From the NCBI GenBank assembly GCA_001464715.1, contig LNDT01000023.1, positions 12,385-76,384 on the forward strand: a DNA stretch of 64,000 nucleotides. Direction: 5' to 3'. The notes under the pieces were generated by a model that saw only the letters and a program-made list of their open reading frames with translations, ran no database searches and was not told the origin of the DNA. Shown here one piece after another: positions 63,507 through 64,000 of this stretch (position 1 is the stretch's first letter; each line of letters opens with the position of its first letter). A program made the translations under genes and the position numbers. The stretch is from Bdellovibrionales bacterium Ga0074137 (GTDB lineage Bacteria; Bdellovibrionota; Bdellovibrionia; Bdellovibrionales; JAMPXM01).

Positions 63507-64000
63507 ATGATCTGGGTTGGACTGACGGGCGGCATCGCCAGCGGAAAAAGCACCGTCGCTGGAATTTTCAGTGAGCTTGGAGTTGAAGTCGTCAGCGCGG
63601 ATCGGTTGGCCCACGATGTGATTGCTTGCGGGACCGAAGGCGCACGCCGCGTTCGTGAAATGTTCGGCGAAGGTGTTATGTCCAAAGACGGATCCGTCGA
63701 CCGCGCGAAACTTGCGACCGTGGTTTTTGGTGATCCGACAGGAACAGAGCGGGCGCGCCTGGAAGGATTGATTCACCCTGAAGTTCGAAAAAAGTCAAAA
63801 ATGGAAAGAGCTCGGCTCGAGGCTCGCGGCGATAGTGTCGCCATTTACGAAATACCGCTTCTATTTGAAAAAAACCTGGCGAGCGAATTTGACTTCATTG
63901 TAACCGTCGCGATTTCAAGAGAGCTTCAAATTGATCGATTGATTCGGCGAAATTCGATGACGCGCGAGGAAGCGCTCAAGCGAATCGCCTCGCAAAAAAG
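63507..64000 (+). CDS. coaE: Dephospho-CoA kinase CoaE, 5' portion (runs off the window end; absent from the ORF track)
   Basis: My own translation from ATG 63507 (AAGGAG RBS 5 nt upstream) is MIWVGLTGGIASGKSTVAGIFSELGVEVVSADRLAHDV...IHPEVRKK...IYEIPLLFE. It has the P-loop GLTGGIASGKST and the CoaE-typical PLLFE. Confidence 0.85.
   Translation, partial: MIWVGLTGGIASGKSTVAGIFSELGVEVVSADRLAHDVIACGTEGARRVREMFGEGVMSKDGSVDRAKLATVVFGDPTGTERARLEGLIHPEVRKKSKMERARLEARGDSVAIYEIPLLFEKNLASEFDFIVTVAISRELQIDRLIRRNSMTREEALKRIASQK

Noticed and set aside
63392-63776. Two minus-strand ORFs (97 and 109 aa) at the right end
   Set aside because: They overlap the plus-strand coaE reading frame. That frame has a strong RBS and the GLTGGIASGKST P-loop, so the minus ORFs are shadows.
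1-64000. Search by eye for tRNA, rRNA, tmRNA, IS transposases, integrases, and toxin-antitoxin or known defence-system genes
   Set aside because: None were recognised. The intergenic regions are short apart from 36182-37027, 25057-25381 and 27567-27877, and none shows cloverleaf-type structure. A proper covariance-model scan is still needed.

Overview
This 64-kb window looks like chromosomal DNA from a flagellated, diderm (Gram-negative) bacterium. The evidence for that is LpxH, lipobox lipoproteins, an OMP beta-barrel and Tat/Sec signals. Gene style is reminiscent of Bdellovibrio-like or 'delta'-type lineages, but that is inference only.

Contents in order:
1. The tail of a flagellar hook operon: fliK (partial), flgD, a small flagellar-operon ORF and flgE.
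2. A DUF1513-like Tat protein and the livFGMH ABC-transporter genes (minus strand).
3. An accessory block of about 7 kb. Its core is a translationally coupled four-gene lipid-tailoring operon: two divergent desaturases, a B12-type radical SAM enzyme and a fatty-acid-hydroxylase::Asp/Asn-beta-hydroxylase fusion. Three orphan genes follow. This block separates livHMGF from its binding-protein gene.
4. pfkA, hup, yacG and two secreted hypothetical proteins.
5. A subtilisin (S8) protease fused through a TM helix to a PilZ domain, convergent with a REC/PilZ-like multidomain protein.
6. hpt and a zinc-ribbon membrane protein.
7. A complete dcw cluster (mraZ-rsmH-ftsL-ftsI-murE-murF | mraY-murD-ftsW-murG-murC-murB-ftsQ-ftsA-ftsZ) with a recognisable promoter and a triple-GTGG MraZ operator.
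8. lpxH, a TPR-wHTH regulator, recN, nadK, an M3 peptidase, lipoprotein/OMP/hydrolase genes, an acyl-CoA ligase, a PEGA Ser/Thr kinase and the start of coaE.

The most unusual points are:
- the lipid-tailoring operon;
- an antisense DUF222/HNH endonuclease gene plus about 850 bp of non-coding DNA, carrying 68-bp-phased palindromes, inserted between murF and mraY;
- a 22-bp tandem repeat between murD and ftsW;
- the S8-TM-PilZ fusion.

I saw no rRNA genes, tRNA genes, CRISPR arrays or classical IS elements. All family assignments come from motif recognition by eye. No searches were run.
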